Source: a virus
Length of the DNA stretch: 64,000 nucleotides
IMG/VR virus record: IMGVR_UViG_3300045988_054550
Span: 7,976 to 71,975 of that record
Strand: one strand, 5' to 3'
The notes beneath the pieces are model-generated. The model was not told where the DNA came from, searched no databases, and saw nothing but the letters and a program-made list of their open reading frames with translations. The position numbers and the translations under genes were made by a program. Shown here piece by piece: positions 46,471 through 55,438 of this stretch. Every line of letters begins with the position of its first letter. Position 1 is the first letter of the stretch.

Positions 46471-46752
46471 TTACTTGATATATGTGTCTATAAGCGTATA
46501 CGAAGCAATTACATCCAGATATTTGTCATAAAATTGAGTCTGGATATATTCTCGGTTTGTTTCTCCGCTTTCTATGGTTGTTTCTATCAGCGCCAAAATA
46601 TAAAGGACAACTTCTTCCATTTTTTCGGAAAAAGCTATCCTTTCTTGTTTTTCTTTGTCTGATATCGACATTTTGCTGAAATATTCTTTATATGGTTCGC
46701 TTCTGCGGTTACTGGGTCTGATATTTAATTCATCGTATGATGAAACATTCAT
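46471..46752 (-). CDS. hypothetical protein, possibly the N-terminal part of the minor head protein
   Basis: 93 aa. Same frame as 46099..46458, separated only by TAA plus 4 codons. Confidence 0.4.
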   Translation of the reverse strand: MNVSSYDELNIRPSNRRSEPYKEYFSKMSISDKEKQERIAFSEKMEEVVLYILALIETTIESGETNREYIQTQFYDKYLDVIASYTLIDTYIK

Positions 46753-48203
46753 TCTGAAATCACGTCCTTGTTAAAGCCATTCAGCAAATTTTTCGCTTTT
46801 TGAAGTTCTGAGTCTGGGTCTGCTAATTCCGGGTAAATGGTTCCAAGATATGGTAAACTCATTTCATATACTTTTTGCGGATCACTAAATAATCCGCAAG
46901 TAATCAGTGCAATAAGCGGATGAATTTTATTCTTAAACAGATAATCAAGTGCCTGTGCTTTGACAAGCATGTTATCTGTCGGGTTTCTAGTGATTTTTAC
47001 ATCAAAATCCCTGGTCGAAATATTTACATCCATTGAAGTTTTTCGGATGATATTCAAAATAATTCTGACAGATGCTTTTTCAGCTTCTTTCGTAAATGCT
47101 TCTACCAATTTTGCGTCTCGTTCTGCAAAATCCCAACCATTCCTCAGATATACTGCATTACCAGTATCACCGCCTGTATTGCTTTGCCGGTTTGGCATTG
47201 CTTCTACAATCAGCATATTGTTGTAAATATCATCTTTTGCAACCTGACTCTCTGACTGATTTAGTTCGGCGGTCATTAAATCAACGTCTGATTGTGTTCC
47301 GTTTCCAACGTCTTTTACCGATACCGCACCGAGTTTAACCATCTTTACAAACTCTGCTTCATCAATTTCACAGTTCTTAAATTTCATCAGGGCTTGCACA
47401 AACTGCTCAACACCATTCAACCGATCAGATTGGTATTTGTTAATGGCATCATATGCCGTAATTGAAATTTCAATATCGGAAAGCCTATCAGGATTATTCG
47501 GATATTCATTAATAGGAATCCCGTCAAATCCGTTTATTCCAAATTCTTTAAGTTGTCCATTTTGCACAATAAAATATTGTCTACTGGAAAACAGTAAATA
47601 ATATTGCTCATTATCTTCATCTTTCAGAATCTGAACCGACGCAATAGGTCTTCCGGTTCGACTAGAATAGATAATATATACGTCCCCCGGATACGGAATA
47701 AAAATCTGAAATGGTGGTAAATCACTACCTTCTGTCCAGTCGTCATTCTTAAGAATACACTTATATGCAGTCCCTACCGCACTCTGGTATATTCCAAGCT
47801 GAATATTTCTGGCATCCGCATTTGCTTCGTCCAGGTAATCATTCAATAAGTCAACCTGAGCATTAGTTTCTTTGCTTGCTTTCTTTTTCTTACAAACATA
47901 TTGGATTGGTTCTCCATATATCTGTCCTGCCTTGAATTTTACCGTTTCAAGTGCATGGTTCTCGACGACTTTGTTATTAACTTCGGGCCGAACAAGTTTC
48001 TCGCGATATAAAATCGGCTGATCTCCCTTGTAATATCTGTAAAGATAATCAATCATAGCCCTGTTTCGATTGTGAATTCCAATTGTATTTGAAAGAACCT
48101 GCAATACATTATCGGGTGTAATCTGGTCTACGCCGGTATAAGCAACTTTTCTTCCGAATTCGCCATGGCATAGATCAATAAAGTTTATTTTGTTTCTCCC
48201 CAC
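46749..48203 (-). CDS. portal protein (SPP1 gp6-like)
   Basis: Start refined to GTG (MGRNKINF) after AGGAGGACAGGCA. About 484 aa. Position is after TerL. Confidence 0.8.
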   Translation of the reverse strand: MGRNKINFIDLCHGEFGRKVAYTGVDQITPDNVLQVLSNTIGIHNRNRAMIDYLYRYYKGDQPILYREKLVRPEVNNKVVENHALETVKFKAGQIYGEPIQYVCKKKKASKETNAQVDLLNDYLDEANADARNIQLGIYQSAVGTAYKCILKNDDWTEGSDLPPFQIFIPYPGDVYIIYSSRTGRPIASVQILKDEDNEQYYLLFSSRQYFIVQNGQLKEFGINGFDGIPINEYPNNPDRLSDIEISITAYDAINKYQSDRLNGVEQFVQALMKFKNCEIDEAEFVKMVKLGAVSVKDVGNGTQSDVDLMTAELNQSESQVAKDDIYNNMLIVEAMPNRQSNTGGDTGNAVYLRNGWDFAERDAKLVEAFTKEAEKASVRIILNIIRKTSMDVNISTRDFDVKITRNPTDNMLVKAQALDYLFKNKIHPLIALITCGLFSDPQKVYEMSLPYLGTIYPELADPDSELQKAKNLLNGFNKDVISE

Positions 48204-48224
48204 TGCCTGTCCTCCTATTTTTCT

Positions 48225-48316
48225 GCATGAAAAAAGCACCGGAATAAAATCCAGTGCTTAATTTTACATTTTATATTATACACTACTTTAGTGTATGTTT
48301 TTGTATGGGATTTTTA
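48225..48316 (-). repeat. conserved intergenic element, copy B
   Basis: See 34785-34873. Same 25 nt box overlapping the upstream TAA, TGTATAAT box, hairpin AAGCAC..GTGCTT and TTTTTTCATGC. Confidence 0.8.
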
Positions 48317-48733
48317 AGATTCAAATTTTTTTAATTGGCGAATTACTGAAATTGCGTCTATATGGAGCTGTCTTACCCACTGATAGGCATAACCCAATTC
48401 ATCAGAAATTGCATAAAGCGTTTTCCCTTCGACATATTTTTTGAATAAAATATCATACAAAACCGGATTTTCAACGGAATCAATTGTTCTAATAACTTCC
48501 GTTCTTTTCTTTAAATATTCATCTGTGATATTTCGAATTTCTTTTTGCAAATCAACAATCTCTGCAACTAAATCTCCTGTCTTGTCTTTGTTTCCGGACG
48601 TTTGCACACGCTCGCCGTATGAGAAAGAACTTAATCCAGTTGCATGTGCTTTTAGTTGTTCAATTTCTATGTATTTATTGTGAATTACTCTATCATAACG
48701 TTGAATCTGGTTCAAATATTCTCTCGTGTTCAT
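48314..48733 (-). CDS. ArpU/DUF1492-like (sigma region-4-like) transcriptional regulator
   Basis: 139 aa from MNTREYLNQ (ATGA overlap with the TerL stop). C-terminal HTH TLYAISDELGYAYQWVRQLHIDAISVI. Confidence 0.5.
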   Translation of the reverse strand: MNTREYLNQIQRYDRVIHNKYIEIEQLKAHATGLSSFSYGERVQTSGNKDKTGDLVAEIVDLQKEIRNITDEYLKKRTEVIRTIDSVENPVLYDILFKKYVEGKTLYAISDELGYAYQWVRQLHIDAISVIRQLKKFES

Positions 48734-50472
48734 GCGTATCTCCTTCCCCAAAATGGGTTATGAATGGCTGTTGCTTTTCCACCTAAAGGATTTTGTACGA
48801 ACTCAGCTAACATCGCCAAGCTGTCAGGTCCATCATCATGAGCCACTTTTGCCCTTGTAGTGTATGTGGTTACATTCGCCATAAATAATCCGTAGTCGGA
48901 TTTTGGTTTATACTGGCTCGGATGTAAAAAATAAAAATGTTTTGATATGTAATCAGAGTTTACGAGAATTTTTGTCTCTTTATTTGCTTGCGTAGGTCTT
49001 GTTTCGATATCCGCTCGGCATTTCCCTGAGATTATCTTTTGAATGTTGTGCGCAACACGATTTCCTACGTTATTTGACTCAAATCTGATTTTATGCGGAT
49101 TGTGTTTTATCAAAATATCAGCAGTCTTTCTGTCCAGGATGTCGTAATCTGTAGTATCATCGAAAACAACGTCCGGGATAAAAAATTTATCCCCATATTG
49201 ATATGCAATAGGTAATGATTCAAAATCTGTACCTTTATCTTTTGTATCACATACTGCCCATATCGCATCTGCTTCTCTGTCTGGTATAATTGTGTATTCG
49301 TCCGTGCATCCATCGGGAACGTCTTCTTTGCCAAAGAAAAATCTTTTTAGCTTATCTGGCGGAAGCAATAATCCTTCACGTTCTACTGGTTGTTGCTGAT
49401 AAAGACAGTTATAAGAGATTTCGTCCATGGACTCTTTAGCATCGTTGAAATATTTCTCAGAGAACCCATTTACTGTGAATAAAAAATTGCTTTTGCCATT
49501 CTCATCAAGTGCCGGTACTGCTATGAACCTCGCTCTAGGGTTCCCGGCGTATAACTGCTGTAGCTTTCCGATAGGGTCATGCACTGACCATCTGGTAGCA
49601 ATGTAAAACTCTTTGCACCCTTCAAGTCTACGGGAACGCAAGTCATTTACTACTTTTGTCCATAAGGTGTCCAGTCGATTCTTGTTCAGTGCTTCTTCGA
49701 TACCAGACACAAGGTCATCGGCGGTAAGAAATCTGTTACAACGGGTAGCACCAGTCAGAGAGCCGTCAATTGATCGGAACGTCCATGTTTTAAAACGTCC
49801 GTTTCTTTCAAGATTTACTGTTGTTTCTTTTGCGTTTGTTCCCTGTATTTCGACATTTGGAAAAATCTCATGCCATGTATATTCAACAGGGTCGTTGATA
49901 ATCTCCAATACTCCATCATAGAGAGAGCGAGTCAAAATACTACTATGTGCAGATGATAAATTAAAATCATTAGGAAACCATCCGCCAACAAGTGAAAGAA
50001 AGAAATCTTCAAGAGTCGATTTGCCACAGCCAGGAGGTACGCTCAATGCAAATATGTCAAGCTTATCGTCCATCAAATCTTGTAACGAACCTATGATATT
50101 GTGCTGCATGAATACGTTTCTTCTTGGTTCATAAAATCTTTCTTTTGGAATTCTATTTTTCTCGAGATACAATAACCCGCTATCTACTTGAAGGTTTTGC
50201 GCTTCCATCAACAAATAATCCCAATAAATATCATCGAAATTACCATCGCCGGTAATAGCAGCTTGCCTTTCTGCGATATTGTGTGCATACTGGCTTACCT
50301 TTATTCCCATCTGTTGCGCATCTGGATTATCCTTGAAAGGAAGGTCAATATTCATATTTAACAGCAGATCAAGGCAGTCTTTCTGGTTTTGATAGGCTGT
50401 CATATCGCCATTGATTATTTGATTTAGGATTGCCCGATACCATTCAAGCGAACCTTCTGTGAATTTTTGCAT
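48730..50472 (-). CDS. terL: terminase large subunit
   Basis: 580 aa with Walker A-like VPPGCGKST, plus size and position. Confidence 0.85.
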   Translation of the reverse strand: MQKFTEGSLEWYRAILNQIINGDMTAYQNQKDCLDLLLNMNIDLPFKDNPDAQQMGIKVSQYAHNIAERQAAITGDGNFDDIYWDYLLMEAQNLQVDSGLLYLEKNRIPKERFYEPRRNVFMQHNIIGSLQDLMDDKLDIFALSVPPGCGKSTLEDFFLSLVGGWFPNDFNLSSAHSSILTRSLYDGVLEIINDPVEYTWHEIFPNVEIQGTNAKETTVNLERNGRFKTWTFRSIDGSLTGATRCNRFLTADDLVSGIEEALNKNRLDTLWTKVVNDLRSRRLEGCKEFYIATRWSVHDPIGKLQQLYAGNPRARFIAVPALDENGKSNFLFTVNGFSEKYFNDAKESMDEISYNCLYQQQPVEREGLLLPPDKLKRFFFGKEDVPDGCTDEYTIIPDREADAIWAVCDTKDKGTDFESLPIAYQYGDKFFIPDVVFDDTTDYDILDRKTADILIKHNPHKIRFESNNVGNRVAHNIQKIISGKCRADIETRPTQANKETKILVNSDYISKHFYFLHPSQYKPKSDYGLFMANVTTYTTRAKVAHDDGPDSLAMLAEFVQNPLGGKATAIHNPFWGRRYA

Positions 50473-50538
50473 AAAAATAGAGCCAGATCTCCTTTCTTTT
50501 TAGGATTTAGTCTGGCTCTCATGTGGCTCTTTGACTGC
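50473..50538 (-). promoter_or_regulatory. hairpin enclosing the TerL RBS, followed by a U-run
   Basis: AGAGCCAGA-(23 nt containing AAAGGAGA)-TCTGGCTCT then ATTTTT ATG on the minus strand. Confidence 0.55.
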
Positions 50539-51285
50539 TTATTCTAACCAATCATTATCTAAGTAATAAAATCCAAAAACAACCGTTCCTGTCAAGATAG
50601 CCCATAAAACACGAAATAAAATTAACCATACTCCGGTTTCTAAGAGTTTTACTGTTTCTTCGATATTTTGGTTGTTGTAAAATTTAGTCTTATCACTGAT
50701 TGTTTTGTCTTTTAGTGACGTAAAGATTGTTCCTTTGTACTTTGTCCCAACCCCATAGTACTTGTATCTGATATAACTTGACTCTTTTACCGTATCAATG
50801 TACTCATCATCTGGAAGAACGATTTTATTGCTTTTAAAATCAATTCCGCAGAAATTTATTTTCTTAGCTGTCTTGCTTTCTTTTCCTGCATAATCCCAAG
50901 TCCAATAAGTTTCAGTGGTGTAATAAGTACTTTTTCCAGATTTATGTGCTACTCTTCTGGTGTGCATGGTATATTTTTCTTTAACCTTCTTAACATACAT
51001 GTATTTGCCATTAATTTCTGGGTAAGTAACTGTATCTACAGCCTTTAATTTGCCATACACAAAAGCATTACCGACGTTAGTCTCCATTCCATACTGAAAC
51101 AAATCTGTGGATTGAATTTTTACAGCTTTATTGTATTTATCATTTTGGTTTATCTGCCAGTCAGATATTTTGGAAGAAATCAATGTTCCTATAAGAAGCA
51201 TTACTGCAATGATTGAAATGCTAGCAATAATTTCTCTTTTCGTAATCTCGAAGTTTCCAAAATCCCAACCTCTATCCGTCTTCAT
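50539..51285 (-). CDS. membrane protein with N- and C-terminal TM segments (LemA partner)
   Basis: 248 aa. TM IIASISIIAVMLLIGTLI and C-terminal VWLILFRVLWAILTGTVVFGFYY. Confidence 0.5.
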   Translation of the reverse strand: MKTDRGWDFGNFEITKREIIASISIIAVMLLIGTLISSKISDWQINQNDKYNKAVKIQSTDLFQYGMETNVGNAFVYGKLKAVDTVTYPEINGKYMYVKKVKEKYTMHTRRVAHKSGKSTYYTTETYWTWDYAGKESKTAKKINFCGIDFKSNKIVLPDDEYIDTVKESSYIRYKYYGVGTKYKGTIFTSLKDKTISDKTKFYNNQNIEETVKLLETGVWLILFRVLWAILTGTVVFGFYYLDNDWLE

Positions 51286-51288
51286 ATC

Positions 51289-51837
51289 TTATTCCTCAAA
51301 CAGGTTCTGTGGTGCCGATTCTGGTGCATCAAAATCAAGCAGTTTAAAGTCTTTTTTATCATATCCAAGCATATTCAAGAACGATCTCTGAGGAAATGCT
51401 TTCACATATTTTCGATATGCTTTGACTGATTTATTGTAATTCTCCCTGTATTCTGCAATAAGATTCTCTGTCAAGGAAAGTTCTGTCATAAGTTGCTTAT
51501 AGTTATCAGAAGATTTCAACTCTGGGTACGCTTCACTCACAGCTGAAATTGCAGTAGTAACATTCTCAATATCATTCGAACCAGAAGTCCTTCCGGAAAC
51601 AATAGCTTTTAATGTTTCACTTTCATGCTTATCGTATTGCTTCACACAATCTGCAAGATTATATACCAGATCAACTCTACGTTTTTCCTGTATCTTGATA
51701 TCTGAAGATGCTGATTCCACCTGCTCTTCCAATGATATCGCATGATTCTGGAAACTCTGCACTCCAAAGATTCCAAATATTACAATTGCTATAACTCCTA
51801 CAAGTGAAATTAATAATGCTTTCCATGTGCTTTTCAT
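51289..51837 (-). CDS. lemA: LemA family protein
   Basis: 182 aa. N-terminal TM plus the LemA pattern (IKIQEKRRVDLVYNLADCVKQY...YPELKSSDNYKQLMTELSLTENLIAEYRENYN). Confidence 0.8.
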   Translation of the reverse strand: MKSTWKALLISLVGVIAIVIFGIFGVQSFQNHAISLEEQVESASSDIKIQEKRRVDLVYNLADCVKQYDKHESETLKAIVSGRTSGSNDIENVTTAISAVSEAYPELKSSDNYKQLMTELSLTENLIAEYRENYNKSVKAYRKYVKAFPQRSFLNMLGYDKKDFKLLDFDAPESAPQNLFEE

Positions 51838-51840
51838 GAT

Positions 51841-52483
51841 TTATTCTCCTTTCGCTGGCCATTCAAAGCCAAAATCTGAACGTTTGATTTTGCATTGTGG
51901 GATTCCATCTTTCCAGAATATAATTCCTTCCATATTGCGATTTCTCAAATATTCTCGGATGCCATCGTAAGTTCTAGGGACTGAGATTTCCAGTTTGCCA
52001 TGTGGAATAAGCGTATCAATTCCAAAATCGTACGGATTCCCATTGAAATGTTTTCCAACAGCTTCGTATGTGCCGCACATAGTCGGTTCCACAATATTTT
52101 CAGTACCATCCAGTGTAGTTACATTTACCTTTACCTTATTATCTTCAAGATATCTGTAATAAGCTTTCGCAAACCATTTATCTTCAGGTGCCGGATTTCC
52201 TAAATCAACTTTCACCCAGCATGGAAAATGTCCCGTAACTGGGTCTGGTTTATCCTGACACGAGATTGATCCAAGTGGGACTTTACGCCCCTTTTTGACA
52301 TTCGCATCATATCTTTTAAAAAGGTTTCCATCGGCAATCATGCAACAAGAACCATCCCATTTCACTGTGGCAGTTCCTTTTCATTCAAGAACCCACTCCA
52401 TGCCTTCTGTGACTTCCGGAAGTGTTCTTTTAACTCTATGTCCCTCAAATTCTCGTTTGAATAGTGTTGGTATTTTTTTTCAT
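51841..52483 (-). pseudogene. ATP-dependent ligase-like nucleotidyltransferase with A8 frameshift at start and in-frame TGA (52381-52383)
   Basis: Reading KKIPTLFKREFEGHRVKRTLPEVTEGMEWVLE-TGA-KGTATVKWDGSCC (KxDG motif I), GTYEAVG..GNPY, EGIIFW..CKIKRSDFG. The ATG at 52481-52483 is out of frame by one A of an A8 run. Confidence 0.65.
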
Positions 52484-52485
52484 AA

Positions 52486-52980
52486 TCATTCTCCTTCCAA
52501 TACTTTAATAATAATTTCTTCAATTGCGATAAAATCAGAACACGACATATTGGTTTTATTAGAACGAAAATATATATCAATTTCTTTCAGTAACAATTTA
52601 TGTATCCTGTGTTTCTGGTCATCTGTAAGATAATCTTTTTCGATTGGTTTCTGGTTGTATATATCAGACCATTCTGATGCAGTTTGTTCTATTGTGATTC
52701 CTCGTAATGCATTATTAATTATTAACATCCATTCTGAATAAGGCAGTTCTTCTTTGCATTCTAGTGTTATTTTAGGCGGTACGTCTTCTTCTGCGTTTAT
52801 GAGATCAAATGGAATTATTTTTGAACCAATTTTAATAAGGCATGTATCCCAATTACATATTTTTTGAGATTGGAGTTTAATATATGTAACTTCTTTTTCT
52901 AATGGATCAATTTCAATCCGCGCTTTTACTTCTTCGCCTGTTTCTATAATTTGTACAGGTACATATTCTGTTAAAGTCAT
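52486..52980 (-). CDS. hypothetical protein
   Basis: 164 aa ORF. Confidence 0.5.
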   Translation of the reverse strand: MTLTEYVPVQIIETGEEVKARIEIDPLEKEVTYIKLQSQKICNWDTCLIKIGSKIIPFDLINAEEDVPPKITLECKEELPYSEWMLIINNALRGITIEQTASEWSDIYNQKPIEKDYLTDDQKHRIHKLLLKEIDIYFRSNKTNMSCSDFIAIEEIIIKVLEGE

Positions 52981-53162
52981 GCATTCACCTCAATCTGGAA
53001 TCCCTAACTGTTTATAAGTAAATATGGCTGTATATTTTTTACCACATTTGTAGCATGTTTCCGTAATAGTGCAAGTCTTTTCTTTATCGTCACATTTTGA
53101 TTCTGTATCTGAACTTTTGAATTTACATCCTCCCGTTAGAAAGCATTTGATTCTTTTTTTAT

Positions 53163-53396
53163 TCATACATTCACCATGAACTCTTTCTTACAGTTGCTTC
53201 CCTTACATTTGTACGGCATCCGATGAATTTTTGTAGTAGGAAGTATTTTCAACGCTCTCTTTCCACAATAAGGGCACGATACCCATTTCTCGCCGTTTAC
53301 TGTTTTGATTTGTGCTGTTCCGTCCCACGGCTCAGGTATATTCATGTATTCAGAGAAATCTACGCCTTCTGATTCAAGTGCTGTTTTAATGCTCAT
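53163..53396 (-). CDS. Com-like zinc-finger protein
   Basis: 77 aa. CPYCGKRALKI...YKCKGSNCKKEFMV resembles Mu Com-type fingers. Confidence 0.4.
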   Translation of the reverse strand: MSIKTALESEGVDFSEYMNIPEPWDGTAQIKTVNGEKWVSCPYCGKRALKILPTTKIHRMPYKCKGSNCKKEFMVNV

Positions 53397-53577
53397 TTAA
53401 TTCTTGTCTCCTTTGAAAAAATCTGTTGTAATCTGCGATTGAAAATTTACCTAAGGTTCCATAAATTACTTTTCCTTCAGATTTTGGAATCTTTGACAAC
53501 ATTTCTTTTGAAATTGGTGCTGAACTTTTTACATCTAAATCATCACAGATAAGGTATTTATCGTAATCACGTTCCAT
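53386..53577 (-). CDS. hypothetical protein
   Basis: 63 aa ORF. Confidence 0.4.
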   Translation of the reverse strand: MERDYDKYLICDDLDVKSSAPISKEMLSKIPKSEGKVIYGTLGKFSIADYNRFFQRRQELNEH

Positions 53578-53579
53578 AC

Positions 53580-53864
53580 TTATTTACCATTGTCCTTTCT
53601 GATCAATTCCAAAATCGTCAAATAGTTATCTCCGATATAATCGGAATATTCTGGATTTTTATGAAATAGAACAGTGTTTCCTGCCAGAAGCACATGTTTG
53701 TCTGGATAAAATCTGGTCGGGATGTTCATTCGATGGCATTCTCCCTCAAGATTATATACAGTATCAAAAAATCCAATATCGGTACCTGAATAATTAATTC
53801 TCATAAGCGAATATGTCCCTATCTGGTCGAACTTAAAATGATTTTGTTCTTGCACTGCGGGCAA
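53580..53864 (-). CDS. hypothetical protein (true start probably internal)
   Basis: 94 aa ORF overlapping the upstream gene. Confidence 0.4.
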   Translation of the reverse strand: MPAVQEQNHFKFDQIGTYSLMRINYSGTDIGFFDTVYNLEGECHRMNIPTRFYPDKHVLLAGNTVLFHKNPEYSDYIGDNYLTILELIRKDNGK

Positions 53865-54028
53865 ATAATGTATTTTTTCTTGTATCCGAATCCAGATGGC
53901 ATATTTGTAGCAAAATGATTCTCTATATTTTCATCTTTCACATCTTCGGACTCGTCATAGCTCAATACTGCACCGCATTTGTTACAAGTTGCTTCTTTTA
54001 ATGTACCAGGTTTCAAAATCTTAATCAT
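53819..54028 (-). CDS. small zinc-ribbon protein
   Basis: 69 aa. CNKCG...CPQCK. Confidence 0.5.
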   Translation of the reverse strand: MIKILKPGTLKEATCNKCGAVLSYDESEDVKDENIENHFATNMPSGFGYKKKYIICPQCKNKIILSSTR

Positions 54029-54047
54029 GGCAATCCTCCTTTATCAA

Positions 54048-54755
54048 TCAAGCTGTCTTCTCGAACAACTCAAGAATAAACTCTCGTCCAATCTGTGTGA
54101 TTCGCCTGTGATAGATTACTCTTCCAGAATCCAGAACTTCCTGTTTGATTTCTTCGTACCCACAATTGCTATACTGCGAAAACATCACCCATGTACCATT
54201 GACCTGATACTGAATCTTTTTATCTGCCAGAATCCGGTTTAGCTGCATTGCTGATTTCAGTCCCAGTTCCTTAGCAATCTCAGTAATGGTATAAGTTTTG
54301 TTGACGTGCATCAGAATAGCGTTCTTTCTTTCAGCTTCCACTCTGGCGGCACGTTCCTCTTTTAATTTGGTTAGAAGTTCAATTCCAAAGTCGGGATTGT
54401 TGAGAATGTTATCAATTACATTGTCCGTAGCATATATACCATGCTTGCGGATAGTCTTCAGAATCTCTTTAACTTCTTTCTTAAACTGTTTTGCGATTGG
54501 CTTTCTTGACTGCATCAGGACTTCATAAAGTCCATTCTCGGTAAGCATATTCATTTGCCTGTTCTGACCTGCCCTAAGAATTGTTGAGATCAGCTTTTCA
54601 TCATCGTCAATGCCCCTAAGCATTTCCGTTACGTTGCTATGTTCAATCCAATCGGCTACATCATTGGCCACAAACAACGGTTCTTCTGCTGTTCCGTAAA
54701 CGCGAAACTGTTTTCCCAATACTTCCTGCTCATTCAATACTTTCAGTTCGTTCAT
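54048..54755 (-). CDS. BRO-N / KilAC-type phage antirepressor
   Basis: Start at MNELKVLNEQ. FRVYGTAEEPLFVANDVADWI...MLTENGLYEVLMQSRKPIAKQFKK is the Bro-N pattern. Confidence 0.7.
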   Translation of the reverse strand: MNELKVLNEQEVLGKQFRVYGTAEEPLFVANDVADWIEHSNVTEMLRGIDDDEKLISTILRAGQNRQMNMLTENGLYEVLMQSRKPIAKQFKKEVKEILKTIRKHGIYATDNVIDNILNNPDFGIELLTKLKEERAARVEAERKNAILMHVNKTYTITEIAKELGLKSAMQLNRILADKKIQYQVNGTWVMFSQYSNCGYEEIKQEVLDSGRVIYHRRITQIGREFILELFEKTA

Positions 54756-54913
54756 TTCTCTCTTTTCTCCCTGTGCTTCATCTGGCATCCGATCATCTTT
54801 GCTACATTTTCACGTTCTTGTTTTATTCCATGTCCCTGACGGAATAACTCACATTCAAGGATATTTCCGCATTTAGAACATTCGTCTTTAATTTCTTTTC
54901 CTGCTATTTGCAT
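54752..54913 (-). CDS. small Cys-containing protein (53 aa)
   Basis: Hand-translated MQIAGKEIKDECSKCGNILECE... Overlaps both neighbours at the start and stop. Confidence 0.35.
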   Translation of the reverse strand: MQIAGKEIKDECSKCGNILECELFRQGHGIKQERENVAKMIGCQMKHREKREK

Positions 54914-55179
54914 TCCCATCCATCCTGTACCATTCTAGGTTTGTATATTTTTTCAGTATACCCTTCGCCGTTGCATAAGTCGCAAGTGACTTCTTTTTCT
55001 ACGTAATCATCACAACATTCCCAGTATTGCGCACGATTTACTCTTTTGATAATAGTTCCACTTCCGCCGCACTTCGGACATCTGTGAATTTTGTTTCCTT
55101 GCATTAGTTTCACAAGGTCATCAAGAGTCGTTTCTCCACCATATGTATTTCTCAAACATATTGCCTCATAAATTTTCAT
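54904..55179 (-). CDS. DnaJ-type zinc-finger protein
   Basis: Start at MKIYEA after GGGAGGA. CPKCGGSG...CDLCNGEG repeats. Confidence 0.5.
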   Translation of the reverse strand: MKIYEAICLRNTYGGETTLDDLVKLMQGNKIHRCPKCGGSGTIIKRVNRAQYWECCDDYVEKEVTCDLCNGEGYTEKIYKPRMVQDGWECK

Positions 55180-55315
55180 TTTCTGCGTCCTCCCAAAATT
55201 CGCAAACACAATCTGGTTCCGTAAAATTAGCGCAGTGTTCACTGTCGCCGTTGAAACATACCCATGTAAAATCGTCATGTTTCTTACATGTTTTACAATA
55301 CTTTTCTTTTTGCAT
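55166..55315 (-). CDS. small Cys-rich protein (49 aa)
   Basis: MQKEKYCKTCKKHDDFTWVCFNGDSEHC... First gene after the RNA island. Confidence 0.35.
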   Translation of the reverse strand: MQKEKYCKTCKKHDDFTWVCFNGDSEHCANFTEPDCVCEFWEDAENENL

Positions 55316-55339
55316 AATTAACACCTCAATTTAAAAAAG

Positions 55340-55389
55340 TCCAGTGTGCCGACTTGAACGGCATAAATCTCCCAACGAGAAACACTGGA
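55340..55389 (-). ncRNA. tRNA-like minihelix / branched terminator (acceptor-like 8 bp stem + D-like hairpin + T-arm, no anticodon arm) followed by a U6 run
   Basis: Minus strand: TCCAGTGT TT CTC-GTTGG-GAG ATTTAT GCCG-TTCAAGT-CGGC ACACTGGA C TTTTTT. Confidence 0.5.
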
Positions 55390-55438
55390 ACCGTACGAAA
55401 TAAGAGAAAAAGATTCCAATGATTGCAGTTCATTGGAA

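Noticed and set aside
52486-52980. Reading 52486..52980 and the ligase as one 380 aa fusion by treating all three intervening TGA codons as sense.
   Set aside because: A good RBS and ATG sit between them, and ligase homologues begin with MKKIPTLF-type N-termini. TGA clearly terminates many other genes here and is followed by RBS plus start (for example 7293, 8679, 15707).
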